Positions 1 to 12,809 of a stretch of DNA of 64,000 bases are shown piece by piece; within the stretch, counting starts at the first letter, position 1, and every line of letters begins with the position of its first letter. Source of the stretch: Squalus acanthias (Eukaryota). Location of the stretch: the NCBI GenBank assembly GCA_030390025.1, contig JASTWF010000093.1:372001-436000 (forward strand), given 5' to 3'. The position numbers and the translations under genes were made by a program. Under the pieces are notes generated by a model. It did not search any database, was not told where the DNA came from, and was given only the letters and a program-made list of their open reading frames with translations.

Positions 1-1690
1 CCCTAGAGGAATATATGTTTGCTGAAAATTATGCATTATTTCCTTGAATGTTAGCCATTGTATGTCCACCTTCATACCTTTTAGTGTAGTCTCCCAATCT
101 ACCATGGCCAACTTGTCCCTCATACCCTTGTAGTTTCCTCTGTTTAGATTGACGACCTTAGTTTCAGATTGGACTACATCACTCTGAAAATTAATGTAAA
201 ATTCAATCATATTATGGTCACTTGTCCCTAAAGGCCCCTTTACCACAAGATTATTGATTAGCCCTTTCTCATTACACAGTACCAGATCCAGAATAGCCTG
301 TTCCCTGGTTGGTTCCTCTACATACTGATCCAGGAAACCATCTCGCATGCATTCCAAGAATTCGTCCCCCACACCATTAGTGGTAATTTGATTTGCCCAG
401 TCCATATGTAGATTAAAGTCCCCCATGATTACCGTATTGCCCTTGTTACATGCACTTCTAATTTCTGGATTGATACTGTGCCCTACATTACCATTACTGT
501 TTGGTGGCCTATACACAACTCCCACCAATGTTTTCCGCCCTTTGCTGTTTCTTAGCTCCAACCAAACTGAATCCAGTTCTACATCACGATCTGCCGAGCC
601 AAGATCTTTTATCTCTACCGTACCGATCTCATCCCTTATTAACAGCGCTACGCCACCTCCTTTTCCTTTTTGTCTGTCCTTCCTAAATGTTGAGCACCCT
701 GGAACATTCAGTTCCCAGCTTTGGTTACCCTGCAGCCATGTCTCTGTAATGGCAATGACATCATATCCATTTACTTCTATTAGTGTCATTAATTTCATCC
801 ACCTTGTTGCGAATGCTACGTGCATTTAGATAAAGTGCCTTCAACTTTGCCTGTTTAATATTTTTCTGCACTTTGACCCTCTTTGCTGTTGGCCTTTGTT
901 TCTGCTCCCTACTAGTTTTGCTGACTACTTTTCTAACTTGCACTTCCAGCTTTGTTTCTCTCCATTCTGGGCCCACACTTAGGTTCCCAGCCCCCTGACA
1001 AACTAGTTTAAATCATTCCCAACAGCACTAGCAAACCCCCCTGCGAGGATATTGGTCCCAGTTCTGCCGAGGTGTAATTCGTCCAGCTTGTACAGGTCCC
1101 GCCTTCCCCAGATTCGGTCCCAATGCCTCAGGAATTTAAATCACTCCCTCCCACACCATCTCTCCAGCCATGCATTCATCTGGTCTATTCTCCTATTTCT
1201 GCTCTCGCTAGCACGTGGCCCTGGGAGTAATCCTGAGATTACTACCTTTGAGGTCCTGCTTTTTCATTTATTTCCTAGCTCCCTATATTCTGCTTGCAGG
1301 ACCTCATCCCTCTTTCTACCTATGGCGTTGGTACCGATATGGACCACGACCTCTGGCTGTTCACCATCCCCCTTCAGAATGTCCTGCAGCCGCTCAGTGA
1401 CATCCTTGACCCTGGCACCAGGGAGGCAACATACCATCCTGGAGTCACATCTGCGGCCACAGAAACGTCTATCTGTTCCCCTTACGATAGAATCCCCTAT
1501 CACTATTGCCCTCCCACTCTTTTCCTCCCCTCCTGTGCAGCTGAGCCACTCGTAGTGCCACGGACTTGGCTCTTGCTGCATTCCCCTGAGAAACCATCTC
1601 CCCCAGCAGTATCCAAAACGGAAAATCTGTTGGAGAGGGAGATGGACCCAGGGGACTCCTGCACTACCTTCCTACTTCTTTTACTCTGAC
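1..1690 (-). mobile_element. CR1 LINE 5' portion (ORF1 SGNH esterase plus APE endonuclease), degenerate, cut by the window edge
   Basis: Minus ORFs AIVIGDSIVRG..VVVHIGTN and LKALYLNARSIRNKVDE; near-identical to 29149-30835. Confidence 0.9.
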
Positions 1691-1726
1691 TGGCAAGGAC
1701 AGCATTTATTGCCCATCCCTAACTGC

Positions 1727-2352
1727 CATCTTCAGCTGCTTCATCAATGACCTTCCCTCCAACATAAGTTCAGAAGTGGGGATGTTCGCTGATGACTGCA
1801 CAGTGTTCAGTGCCATTCACAACTCCTCAGATAATGAAGCAATCCATGCCCGCATGCAACAAGACCTGGACGACGTTTAGGCTTGGGCTGATAAGTGGCA
1901 GGTAACATTCGCGCCACAGAAGTGCCAGGCAATGACTATCTCCAAGAAGCGAGAGTCTAACCACCGCCCCTTGACATTCAATGGCATTACCATCGCCGAA
2001 TCCCCCAGCATTAACATCCTGGGGGTCACCATTGACCAGAAACTTAACTGGTCCAGCCACATAAGTACTGTGGCAACAAGAGCAGGTCAGAGGCTAGGTA
2101 TTCTGCGACGAGTGTCTCACCTCCTGACTCCTCAAAGCCTTTCTACCATCTACAAGGCACAAGTAAGGAGTGTGATGGAATGCTCTCCACTTGCCTGGAT
2201 GAGTGCAGCTCCAACAACACTCAAGAAGCTCGACACCATCCAGGACAAACAGCCCGCTTGATTGGCACCTCATCTCCCACCTTAAACAGTCACTCCCTCC
2301 ACCACTGGCGTACCGTGGCTGCAGTGTGTACCATCTACAAGATGCACTGCAA
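1727..2352 (+). mobile_element. Second LINE family (CR1/L2-group RT), C-terminal fragment
   Basis: FADDC..WADKWQVTF..ILGVTIDQKLNWSSHI..LSTIYKAQVRS. Confidence 0.85.
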
Positions 2353-3114
2353 ATACTGATTAAGAAATACCATCCTTAAATTCCTTTCAGAATAATGGAA
2401 CCACAAAGCCTCATAATGCTCTTTTAGTCTATATTTAAAATACTCTTTCAGATTTATTCTTCTACCCTTATAAAACAGAGCATTCCTTCATGGCATGATC
2501 GGGCGTTTTCAGAGTAGTAGGGTAGGCATCTGCTGATTGGCTTTCCCTTTACCTAAAGGCTTGCAGTCCTGTCGTCTAGCTTATGTTTCCTTTTATATTC
2601 CTTTCTCCCCTTCCCCACCTTGCTCTCTTGATCCTCAGGCTTCCCCACACACACAAACTACAAGCCCTACCCTTCATTGCCTTCCCCTTGCCTCAACCTT
2701 CAAAACTCCATTAGCTCCACCCTTCCTTACCTCGCTCACCCACTCACTCACTGCTGTAAAAACGCTGCTCCTTCCTGCCTCAAAATACACACAATTAGGG
2801 AGCAGCTTTTTCTCCTCTCCCAGGCCCGGCTGCTTAAAACAGGCTCAAGCCCACAACCCAATTCAAGACGCCTTTGCCCAATTCAGACCAGAACAAGATG
2901 TGGGCCTTTCTGCACATTGATAAAAGCCGCCCGCGTGGCCCCAATTTGGCCAGCAGGCCGACCCAGCAGCAGAACGTGCTACAAGGAAATGAGCCGAGGA
3001 AAGAGAGCGAGCACATGAGAGAGCGAGAGGGAAAGAGGGAGGGAGCGCGCACAAGCCATCAGCTAAAAAGGTTTCCAAATGAAGGCAGTGTCAGTGCAGC
3101 ATCAAAGCATCAGC

Positions 3115-3205
3115 CTAAGTTTTTGTGCTCAAGTCTCGAGAGGGACTTGGAACCCACAACCTTCTGACCCAGACACAAGAGTGCTACCCACTGAGCCACG
3201 GCCGA
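3115..3205 (-). mobile_element. tRNA-derived SINE head fragment
   Basis: Reverse complement has an A box (tggctcagtgg) and a B box (ggttccaagtcc) like the full SINEs in the window. Confidence 0.7.
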
Positions 3206-4230
3206 CCCTGTATGTGAGGGGCACTACAGAAATGCAGGTTGTTGTTGTCCAAGTGCCTATTCTTTTTGTGCAGCGACTGCCGGTAAACTATTCGACTGCG
3301 GGGTAAGCCCAACGCTACCCTTATCGGGCATCTGCTTCGCACTGCAGGAGGGATCAGGAATGGGAATCTCGGATGTTTCTCTTTTGCTCCGATTGCCCAG
3401 GAAGCTGAGGTCAGTTGCATCCATTCCTGTTGATTGTTTCAGCAAGAACCTCAAAACCATCAACCCTGGGGGCTTCTTTAATTTGCACAGCTCAGCGCTA
3501 CAAAAAGTGCTTGGAGACTGAGGCACTGGGGAGGTCCTGTGTCCAGCACATGTTAGGTAGTGGAGAGCTGGAAGTGGTTACATGGCAGTAAACTCATAGA
3601 GGGGTTCAGATGATGCCATAAACTCCCAGAGTGAAGCTTGAGTGGTGTATAACTCTGAGATGACATTGCAGCCTTCAAATCGTTCCTATGTACCAGTATG
3701 TTTTGTGATATTCGAACTGCAGACTTCAAGGGGGTGCTTTTATTTCTGTGAGCATCCACTTCTTTGCCAACAGATGAAAACACTGATGTACCCTCCACAC
3801 TGCATTGCTGAGAGTTTCTTCCCCGAAGGATTAACCACTGCAAGTACTGAATGAGAATCAACAATCGGTATACGTCTATATTACATTTCAAAGGCCAGTG
3901 GGTTATACAAAATCCAAGAAAACTTACAAACACCAAAGGCGGGGTTTACGATGATCGTGATACAAATGTCTTATGTTGTGCAATCTGCTGCTCCCTGGAA
4001 TGCATTCCATTTCTATCTCATGTTTCACCCCTTTCAAATAATTTTGCTTAGTTTTTTTTGCGATTCTCATACAGACTCTACTTCATCTCATTCTTAAGAA
4101 TAAAGACAGCCTCACAAGTTTCATTGGGTTTACAAGCGGTCTCACTCTTTTTGATCCTGAGCATACTAAAAGTCATGTGACATGTTTCTTGTAAATGTAA
4201 CATTGACTTCTCAGGACATTTTCCTGTCAC

Positions 4231-4548
4231 TTTCGGATGAGACGTTAAACTGAGGCCCCGTCTGCTCTCTCAGGTGGATGTAAAAGATCCCACGGCACTA
4301 TTTCGAAGAAGAGCAGGGGAGTTATCCCCGTTGTCCTGGCCAATGTTTATCCCTCAACCAACATCACGAAAACAGATTATCTGGTCATTATCACATTGCT
4401 GTTTGTGGGAGCTTGCTGTGCACCAATTGGCTGCTGTGTTTCCTACACTACAACAGTGACTACACTCCAAAAAGTACTTCATTGGCTGTAAAGTGCTTTG
4501 GGACGTCCGGTGGTCATGAATGGCGCTGTAGAAATGCAAGTCTTTCTT
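4231..4548 (+). mobile_element. 5'-truncated Deu-domain-type SINE
   Basis: ggatgagacgttaaactgaggcccc..gtaaaagatccc..ggcactattt core; tail aatgcaagtctttcttt. Confidence 0.8.
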
Positions 4549-4779
4549 TTTCTATTTTTTCCATTTCTGTCCTGTCTGTAATGATTTTCTGTCACAGTTA
4601 AACTTGCTTTTTTAAAATCATATTTTTCTCTTTCCCGCCGCAAGGCTGGTTGATTCTTCCCATGTGTCTCACTCCCAAAGTCGTCCTCTGAACTGACTCA
4701 CTCAGGTCCGTTCGGAAGTTGCTCTCTCCCTCCCAGGAAGTTGTATTTTTTAAATTGTTTTTCTGCTGCCTGACTGGCA

Positions 4780-5880
4780 CCTCCTACCACCTCTCCCCCA
4801 ACCCCAAAATCCACCTGGTCCCTAATGCTGCTTCCTGGCACCTCCTCCCAACACTAACCGTCAACTCCTCCCTCTCGCTCCGACTCCAACTGCCGTCTCG
4901 CCTGATTGCTTCGTCCTTCACATTTCTCCATCCCAAAGTGTTGCCTCTTCGCCCTCTTCCTACATCGCTGACCTACACTGGCTCCCGGTTAAGCAACGTT
5001 TCAATTTCAAAATTCTCATCCTTGTTTTCAAATTCCTCCATGGCCTCGCCCCTCCCTATCTCTGTAATCTCCTCCATTCCCACAACCCTCCCCGAGATAT
5101 CAGCGCTCCTCTAATTCTGGTCTCTTGAGCATCCCTGATTATAATCGCTCAACCATTGGTGGCCGTGCCTTCTGTTGCCTAGGTCCTAAGCTCTGGAATT
5201 CCCTCCCGAAACCTCCCTGCCTCTCTACCTCTCTTTCCTCCTTTAAGATGCTTCTTAAAGAGAGTGTCAGCTGTGGCTCAGTTGGCAGCACACTTGCCTT
5301 TGAATCAGAAGGTTGTGGATTTAAGTCCCACTCCAGGGACTTGAGCACATAAATCTAGGCTGACGTTCCAGTGCAGTGCTGAGGGAGTGCTGCACTGTTG
5401 GAGGTGCTGTCTTTTGCGTGAGACGTTAAACTGAGGTCCCGTCTGCTTTCTCCTGTGGATGTAAAAGATCCCATGGCACTATTTTGAAGAAGGTTGCGGA
5501 GTTCTCCCTGATGACCTGGGCAAATATCTATCGCTCGACCAGCATCACTTAAAAAAACCCAGATTATCTGGTCATTTTCACATTGCTGTTTGTGGGAGCT
5601 TGCTGTGCGCAAACTGGCGACCGTTTTCCCCACATTGCCACAGTGACTCCACTTCAAAAAGTACTTCATTGGCTGTAAAGTGCTTTGGGACGTCTGGTGG
5701 TTGTGAAAGGCGCTGTAGAAATGCAAGTCTTTCTTTAAAACCTACCTCTTTGATCAAGCTTTTGGTCACCTGCCCTAATTTCTCCTCATGTGGCTCCATG
5801 TCAAATTTTTTGACTCATAACGCTCCTGTGAATCGCCTTAGGACGTTTTACGACGTTTAAGGCGGTGTATAAATGCAAGT
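4780..5880 (+). mobile_element. L2-type LINE 3' end interrupted by a full tRNA/Deu SINE (about 5263-5735)
   Basis: LHWLPV..FKIL and GGRAF..GPKLWNSLP coding remnants; SINE with A/B boxes inserted at cttaaa. Confidence 0.8.
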
Positions 5881-5911
5881 TGGGAGCGTCCCAGCGTCAT
5901 CCCGACACCGA

Positions 5912-8900
5912 TTGGGGTGAATCTTTTATTCAAACCAATAATACCAATTACATAGTAAAACCATTACATTCATCCATCACAGTAAATACAGTACAAATAC
6001 CCCCAAACAATACCACACTTTTTTTTTACATTTAAAATAATACATCTCAGTTAACTCCACATAAAACAACCCATTTCAACACCACAGTGTACAAACACAT
6101 AGCACCATCACAATCCAACTAAATGCCACAGATAACATCCACTCCAATAACCCAAGAAACCTGTTCCACGCCAGTCCCACTGGCACCGCCCACCCGACCA
6201 TCCACTCAAATTGTTCGTCCGATCATTCAAGCGTTCGTCCGTTCACACCTCTGCCGACCAGCCGCCCCGCCCTGGGCCCCCCGCCTGGGGTTCTCCGTGC
6301 TGGGCCTCCCGCCCAGGCCACTTCGATTGGGGTGAATCTTTTATTCAAACCAATAATACCAATTACATAGTAAAACCATTACATTCATCCATCACAGTAA
6401 ATACAGTACAAATACCCCCAAACAATACCACACAATTTTTTTTTTTAGATTTAAAATAATACACCGATTGGGGTGAATCTTTTATTCAAACCAATAATAC
6501 CACTCATCAATTACATAGTAAATCCATTACATTCATCCATCACAGTAAAACATAAGCTTTAAAAACAGCCTTATAGTTAATATAATGCAATGATTAATCT
6601 TACAAACAATCAATAATGTTTACAGTACAAATACCCCCAAACAATACCACACAAATTTTTTTTTTTTACATTTAAAATAATACATCTCAGTTAACTCCAC
6701 ATAAAACAACCCATTTCAACACCACAGTGTACAAACACATAGCACCATCACAATCCAACTAAATGCCACAGATAACATCCACTCCAATAACCCAAGAAAC
6801 CTGTTCCACGCCAGTCTCACTGGCACCGCCCACCCAACCATCCACTCAAATTGTTCGTCCGATCATTCAAGCGTTCGTTCGTTCACACCTCTGCCGACCA
6901 GCCGCCCCGCCCTGGGCCCCCCGCCTGGGGTTCTCCGTGCTGGGCCTCTCGCCCAGGCCACTCTCCTCCGGGTCTTCCACCTTGGGCCTTCTGCACCGGA
7001 CCCTCCGCACCGGCATTCCCCGCGAGCAGCCGGGGTGAATCAGCCGCATCTCCTGACTCCACCTCTGCCGACCAGCCGCCCCGCCCTGGGCCCCCCGCCT
7101 GGGGTTCTCCGTGCTGGGCCTCCCGCCCAGGCCACTCCGATTGGGGTGAATCTTTTATTCAAACCAATAATACCAATTACATAGTAAAACCATTACATTC
7201 ATCCATCACAGTAAATACAGTACAAATACCCCCAAACAATACCACACAATTTTTTTTTTTAGATTTAAAATAATACACCGATTGGGGTGAATCTTTTTAT
7301 TCAAACCAATAATACCAATTACATAGTAAAACCATTACATTCATCCATCACAGTAAATACAGTACAAATACCCCCAAACAATACCACACTTGTTTTTTAC
7401 ATTTAAAATAATACATCTCAGTTAACTCCACATAAAACAACGCATTTCAACACCACAGTGTACAAACACATAGCACCATCACAATCCAACTAAATGCCAC
7501 AGATAACATCCACTCCAATAACCCAAGAAACCTGTTCCAGGCCAGTCCCACTGGCACCGCCCACCCAACCATCCACTCAAATTGTTCGTCCGATCATTCA
7601 AGCGTTCGTCCGTTCACACCTCTGCCAACCAGCCGCCCCGCCCTGGGCCCCCCGCCTGGGGTTCTCCGTGCTGGGCCTCCCGCCCAGGCCACTTCGATTA
7701 GGGTGAATCTTTTATTCAAACCAATAATACCAATTACATAGTAAAACCATTACATTCATCCATCACAGTAAATACAGTACAAATACCCCCAAACAATACC
7801 ACACAATTTTTTATTTTTTTTTAGATTTAAAATAATACACCGATTGGGGTGAATCTTTTATTCAAACCAATAATACCACTCATCAATTACATAGTAAATC
7901 CATTACATTCATCCATCACAGTAAAACATAAGCTTTAAAAACAGCCTTATAGTTAATATAATGCAATGATTAATCTTACAAACAATCAATAATGTTTACA
8001 GTACAAATACCCCCAAACAATACCACACAAATTTTTTTTTTTTACATTTAAAATAATACATCTCAGTTAACTCCACATAAAACAACCCATTTCAACACCA
8101 CAGTGTACAAACACATAGCACCATCACAATCCAACTAAATGCCACAGATAACATCCACTCCAATAACCCAAGAAACCTGTTCCACGCCAGTCCCACTGGC
8201 ACCGCCCACCCGACCATCCACTCAAATTGTTCGTCCGATCATTCAAGCGTTCGTCCGTTCACACCTCTGCCGACCAGCCGCCCCGCCCTGGGCCCCCCGC
8301 CTGGGGTTCTCCGTGCTGGGCCTCTCGCCCAGGCCACTCTCCTCCGGGTCTTCCACCTTGGGCCTTCTGCACCGGACCCTCCGCACCGGCATTCCCCGCG
8401 AGCAGCCGGGGTGAATCAACCGCATCCTTCGACTCCACCTCTGCCGACCAGCCGCCCCACCCTGGGCCCCCCGCCTGGGGTTCTCCGTGCTGGGCCTCCC
8501 GCCCAGGACACTCCGATTGGGGTGAATCTTTTATTCAAACCAATAATACCAATTACATAGTAAAACCATTACATTCATCCATCACAGTAAATAAAGTACA
8601 AATACCCCCAAACAATACCACACTTTTTTTTTAAGATTTAAAATAATACACCGATTGGGGTGAATCTTTTATTCAAACCAATAATACCAATTACATAGTA
8701 AAACCATTACATTCATCCATCACAGTAAATACAGTACAAATACCCCCAAACAATACCACACAATTTTTATTTTTTATTTTTTTTAGATTTAAAATAATAC
8801 ACCGATTGGGGTGAATCTTTTATTCAAACCAATAATACCAATTACATAGTAAAACCATTACATTCATCCATCACAGTAAATACAGTACAAATACCCCCAA

Positions 8901-8968
8901 ACAATACCACACAATTTTTTTAGATATAAAATAATACACCGATTGGGGTGAGTGTAGCCCTTAAAGAC
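5912..8968. repeat. Complex tandem array: about 140-bp core units plus longer units, with a 1.37-kb higher-order duplication
   Basis: ttggggtga at about 5912, 6327, 6467, 7141, 7282, 7698 (variant), 7844, 8517, 8655, 8805 and 8943; flanked by catcccgacaccga on both sides. Confidence 0.95.
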
Positions 8969-9029
8969 CCATCCCGACACCGACTGGAGTTGCAAATTGT
9001 CCGGGGCGTTCCCAGCGGTCAGCCTAATG

Positions 9030-9062
9030 ATAATGACGTAGCAGGCAGGGACTATAAAAGAG
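9030..9062 (+). promoter_or_regulatory. Putative Pol II promoter of the B7-like gene (CRE-like TGACGTA plus TATAAAAG)
   Basis: tgacgta at about 9034 and tataaaag at 9053, in CpG-rich DNA about 200 bp upstream of the signal-peptide ATG. Confidence 0.6.
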
Positions 9063-9437
9063 AGCGGGCTGCGGGCGCCGTCCCATAGAGAGAGCGGAGC
9101 TCCGAGGGTTCAGATCTCGGTCATCGAGCTCTGTCCCGGGTGCCGCCGGAACCCTCCATAAGATGCGGGTCTTTAGCAGCTGTGGAAACCGATAAAGAAA
9201 CGATTTTCACTGATCGTCGTCTTGTCTTGTCTTGTTTTGACAGCTGTCGAGGAGAGCAAATTATGGTGAGAAGTCTGCTCGCTGTTTTGGTGGCTGTTCA
9301 ATTCAGTTTGGCTCGAGGTAAGTCTTTAAATGTAACTGTTTCCTTGCACACATTAGAATGAACGATCCACACAGTTTGAGGTGGTCTTTTCACCACTGAG
9401 CAATGGCCCAAAGCAATAACAGTACTTTCACTTGTAA

Positions 9438-9560
9438 TAGCAAAATACTGCGGATGCTGCAAATCTGAAATAACAGAAAATGCTGGAAATACTCAGCAAG
9501 TCAGGCAGCATCTGTGGAGAGAAAAGCAAGAGTTAACGTTTCAGGTCTGGGACCGAAGGG
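9438..9560 (-). mobile_element. Penelope-like terminal fragment (second family)
   Basis: agcaaaatactgcggatgctg..gagttaacgtttc, same as the end of the element at 23995. Confidence 0.65.
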
Positions 9561-9669
9561 TTTCACTTGTAATGTTGGGTCAGTTTAATGGGCAAGATGG
9601 ATAATTCCCAAGTAAACATTGTTCATGGAGCTGAAAATAATATTTCAAAGAAATAGCCCCTGTCTATTT

Positions 9670-11262
9670 ACATAAGAACAGAAGAAATGGGAGCAGGAAT
9701 AGGCCACTTGGCCCCTCGAGCCTGCTCCGCCATTCAATAAGATCATGGCTGATCTTGGGCTCAAAGCCACTTCCCTGCCCGCTCCCCATATCCCTTCACT
9801 CCCTTATCTTGTAAAAATCTGTATCTCCACCTTAAATGTATTTAATGACCCAGCCTCCACGGCTCTCTGGGGCAGAGAATTCCACAGATTTACGACCCTC
9901 TGAGAAGAAATTCCTCCTCATCTCACTTCTAAAATGGTGACCATTTATTCTGAAACTATGCCCCTGAGTTCTAGATTTCCCCACGAGGGGAAACATCCTC
10001 TCTGCATCTACCCTGTCGAGCCCACTCAGTATCTTGTATGTTTCAATAAGATCACCTCTCATTCATCTAAATTCCAATGAGTATAGGCCCAACCTGCTCA
10101 ACCTTTCTTCATAAGTCAACCCCCTCATCTCTGGAATCAACTGTGTGAATCGTCTCTGAACTGCCTCCAATGCAAGTATATCCTTCCTTAAATAAGGAGA
10201 CCAAAACTGTATGCAGTACTCAAGGTGTGGTCTCACCAATACCCTGTACAGTTGTAGCAGGACTTCTCTGCTTTTATACTCCAACCCCCTTGCAATAAAG
10301 GCCAACATTCCATTTGCCTTTTTGATTACTTGCTGCACCTGCATGCTAACTTTTTGTGTTTCATGCACAAGGACCCCCAGGTCCCTCTGAACTGTAGCAT
10401 TTTGTAATCTGTCTCCATTTAAAAAATAATTTGCTTTTTTATTTTTCCTGGCAAAGTGGATAACCTTGCACTTTCCCACATTATACTCCATCTGCCAAAT
10501 GTTTGCCCACTCACTTAGCCTGTCTATATCCCTTTGCAGATTCTTTGAGTCCTCTGTACAACTTGCTTTCCCATCCTTCTTTGTATCATCCGCAAACTTA
10601 GCTACAGTACACTCGGTCCCTTCATCCAAGTCATTAATGTAGATTGTAAATAGTTGAGGCCCCAGCACTGATTCCTGTGGCACCCCACTAGTTACCGTTT
10701 GCCAACTGGAAAATGACCCATTTATCCTGACTCTCTGTTTTCTGTTAATTAACCAATTCTCTATCCATGCTAATATATTACCCCCAGCTCCGTGAGCTCT
10801 TACCTTATGCAGTAACCTTTTACGTGGCACCTTATCGAATGCCTTCAGGAAATCCAAATACACCACATCCACTGGCTCACCCTTATCCACCCTGCTCGTT
10901 ACATCCTCAAAGAACTCCAGCAAATTTGTTAAACATGATTTCCCTTTCATAAAACCATGCTGACTCTGCTTGACTGCATTGATTTTCCAAATGCCCTGCT
11001 AATGCTTCCTTCATGAAGGACTCCAGCATTTTCCCAACGACAGATGTTAGGCTAACTGGTCTATAGTTTCCTGCTTTCTGTCTCCCTCCTTTCTTGAATA
11101 GGGGTTTTACATTTGCGGTTTTCCAATCCGCTGGGACCTCTCCAGAGTCCAGGGAATTTTGGTAGATTACAACCAATGTATCCACTATCTCTGCAGCCAC
11201 TTCTTTTAAGACCCTGGGATGTAGGCCATCTGGTCCAGGGGACCTGTTGTCTTTTAGTCCCA
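9670..11262 (-). mobile_element. 5'-truncated CR1 LINE (RT plus 3' UTR) in the signal-IgV intron
   Basis: KSCLTNLLEFFE..YLDF.KAFDKV..KFADDTK..LVRPHLEYC; ttcttatg-type tail. Confidence 0.95.
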
Positions 11263-12809
11263 TTATTTTGTGGTGTTTACTGATCATGTTGCTGCAGTTA
11301 CTTTTTTTGATGTCCATTTTGTGAGGTGAGGGAACAAAACTTTTTCTATTTCAATAGATCACAGAAAATATCAACCCAGGAAATATCAACCCTTCTGGAG
11401 AAGAGAAAATACAGCTGTGGGGATAATTACTACTTAGTGCTTTCCTGTGTTCAAGATTAAATCTCGTATTAATCATCCTTTTAAAGTAAAATATTCTGAA
11501 GAGTCAAGATTAAATCTCTTGGAACAATGCTGTTACTAATCTATTTGTTTGAATTCACAGCTCAGTTTCAAGTCCACACCCCAGAAGCACCAGTGACTGC
11601 TGTCTACGGCCAGTACACGGTGCTGAGTTGCAGCTTTACAGCTCAGGGTGAATCGTCACTGTATCTGCTGTTCATCAGTTGGCACCGTGTCGAGACGGAG
11701 GAAGTTGTTTATAGTTATTATTCTGGAAAAGAGCAACTGAGTCGCCAAAGCCCTCGGTATTCGGGGAGGACAAGCTTATTCCCAGAGGAATTAAAACAAG
11801 GGAACGTTTTGGTGAAGCTGGACAGAGTGAGACCAGAGGATGCTGGACAGTACCTGTGCTTAGTCAGGAACGCAAAAGGAAATGGCCAGGGCATTGTGTC
11901 TCTAATATTTGCAGGTACATGCTTCTTTCAGTTTTCATTTTTGTTCTGTCAGTGCTGCAAATTAAAGTCATGCTTCTTGGCCTCCCCTGATGGCTCAGTG
12001 AGTCTCGCCATTGAGTGCCTGAGCCGTACAGACCATGTTTGATGTCCAGAATGTGCTGGTGTAGCTCCTCTCCGCTGGAGCAGTGCTATTGGTGCAATCG
12101 ACACACCTCGGTTAGGGTTGGCACTCCCGTTTGCTATTCAGCAAGCCCTGCCTGTGGACGGCTCTAGGATCGGGCTGAACTGTGATGGCCTCGCAGGTGA
12201 AAAGCCCACTGATATTTACCATCAAGGGTTACGTATGATTTTGGCTGAACAGCTGCCAGCAGGATATTGTGGGATTTTCACCTTCAACTTGATCACTTGG
12301 TACAATGATTTGAATATCTCCAAATTGATCACAAACAGCAATATCTACTATTCTGTTTGTACTTTGATTTGTTGTTTTTGAGCATTTAAAGCTTTTATTG
12401 CATTATTCAATTAGTTATTAACTGGAACAAAATTCCTAGTTGGCATTATTTTTATCAAGTTTATTTCTTGTTTCTAATGACCCTTTTTTTAATCTACAGC
12501 ATACTACAAGGAACCTGACTTTTTTATCCAATTAACACCTTCCTGGACAGTGTTCAGATTCGAGTCCCAAGGTTAACCTGAGGCTACTGTTTCCTGGTAC
12601 AATGAAGAAAATGAGGATATTTCCACACTGTCTGAGACTTCGTACCAACAAAGTGGAGATGGTCTATACTCCCTGCAGAGTATTCTGCAAATCAATGACA
12701 CCAATAGGAGTTCGAACTACACATTCAGATTAAGAAATGATGTTCTACACCAATCAGTTTCTCGAACATTTGGTCTTTCTGTAGGTAAGTTGTGTCCTAC
12801 ACTCAGTAC

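Larger units (their letters stand above)
1..5881 (+). repeat. Segmental duplication copy 1 (paralogous to about 29149-33840)
   Basis: Same order of CR1, plus-strand LINE, unique DNA and SINE, with identical junctions at an offset of about 29148. Confidence 0.95.

Noticed and set aside
2537-4051. ORFs conserved between the two duplicate copies
   Set aside because: Conservation reflects recent duplication; no motifs or splice structure recognised
5263-5340. tRNA genes at SINE heads (also 37623)
   Set aside because: A/B boxes run directly into SINE bodies; no complete cloverleaf
6123-8634. Repeated small ORFs (MPQITSTP.., MFVRSFK..)
   Set aside because: By-products of the tandem array; no domain signature
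5912-8968. CRISPR array
   Set aside because: Intervening sequences are repeated rather than unique spacers, units are far too long, no cas genes, vertebrate context
11527-12042. Single-exon 171-aa Ig protein
   Set aside because: Both ends run into introns; splice sites delimit the exon at 11561-11914
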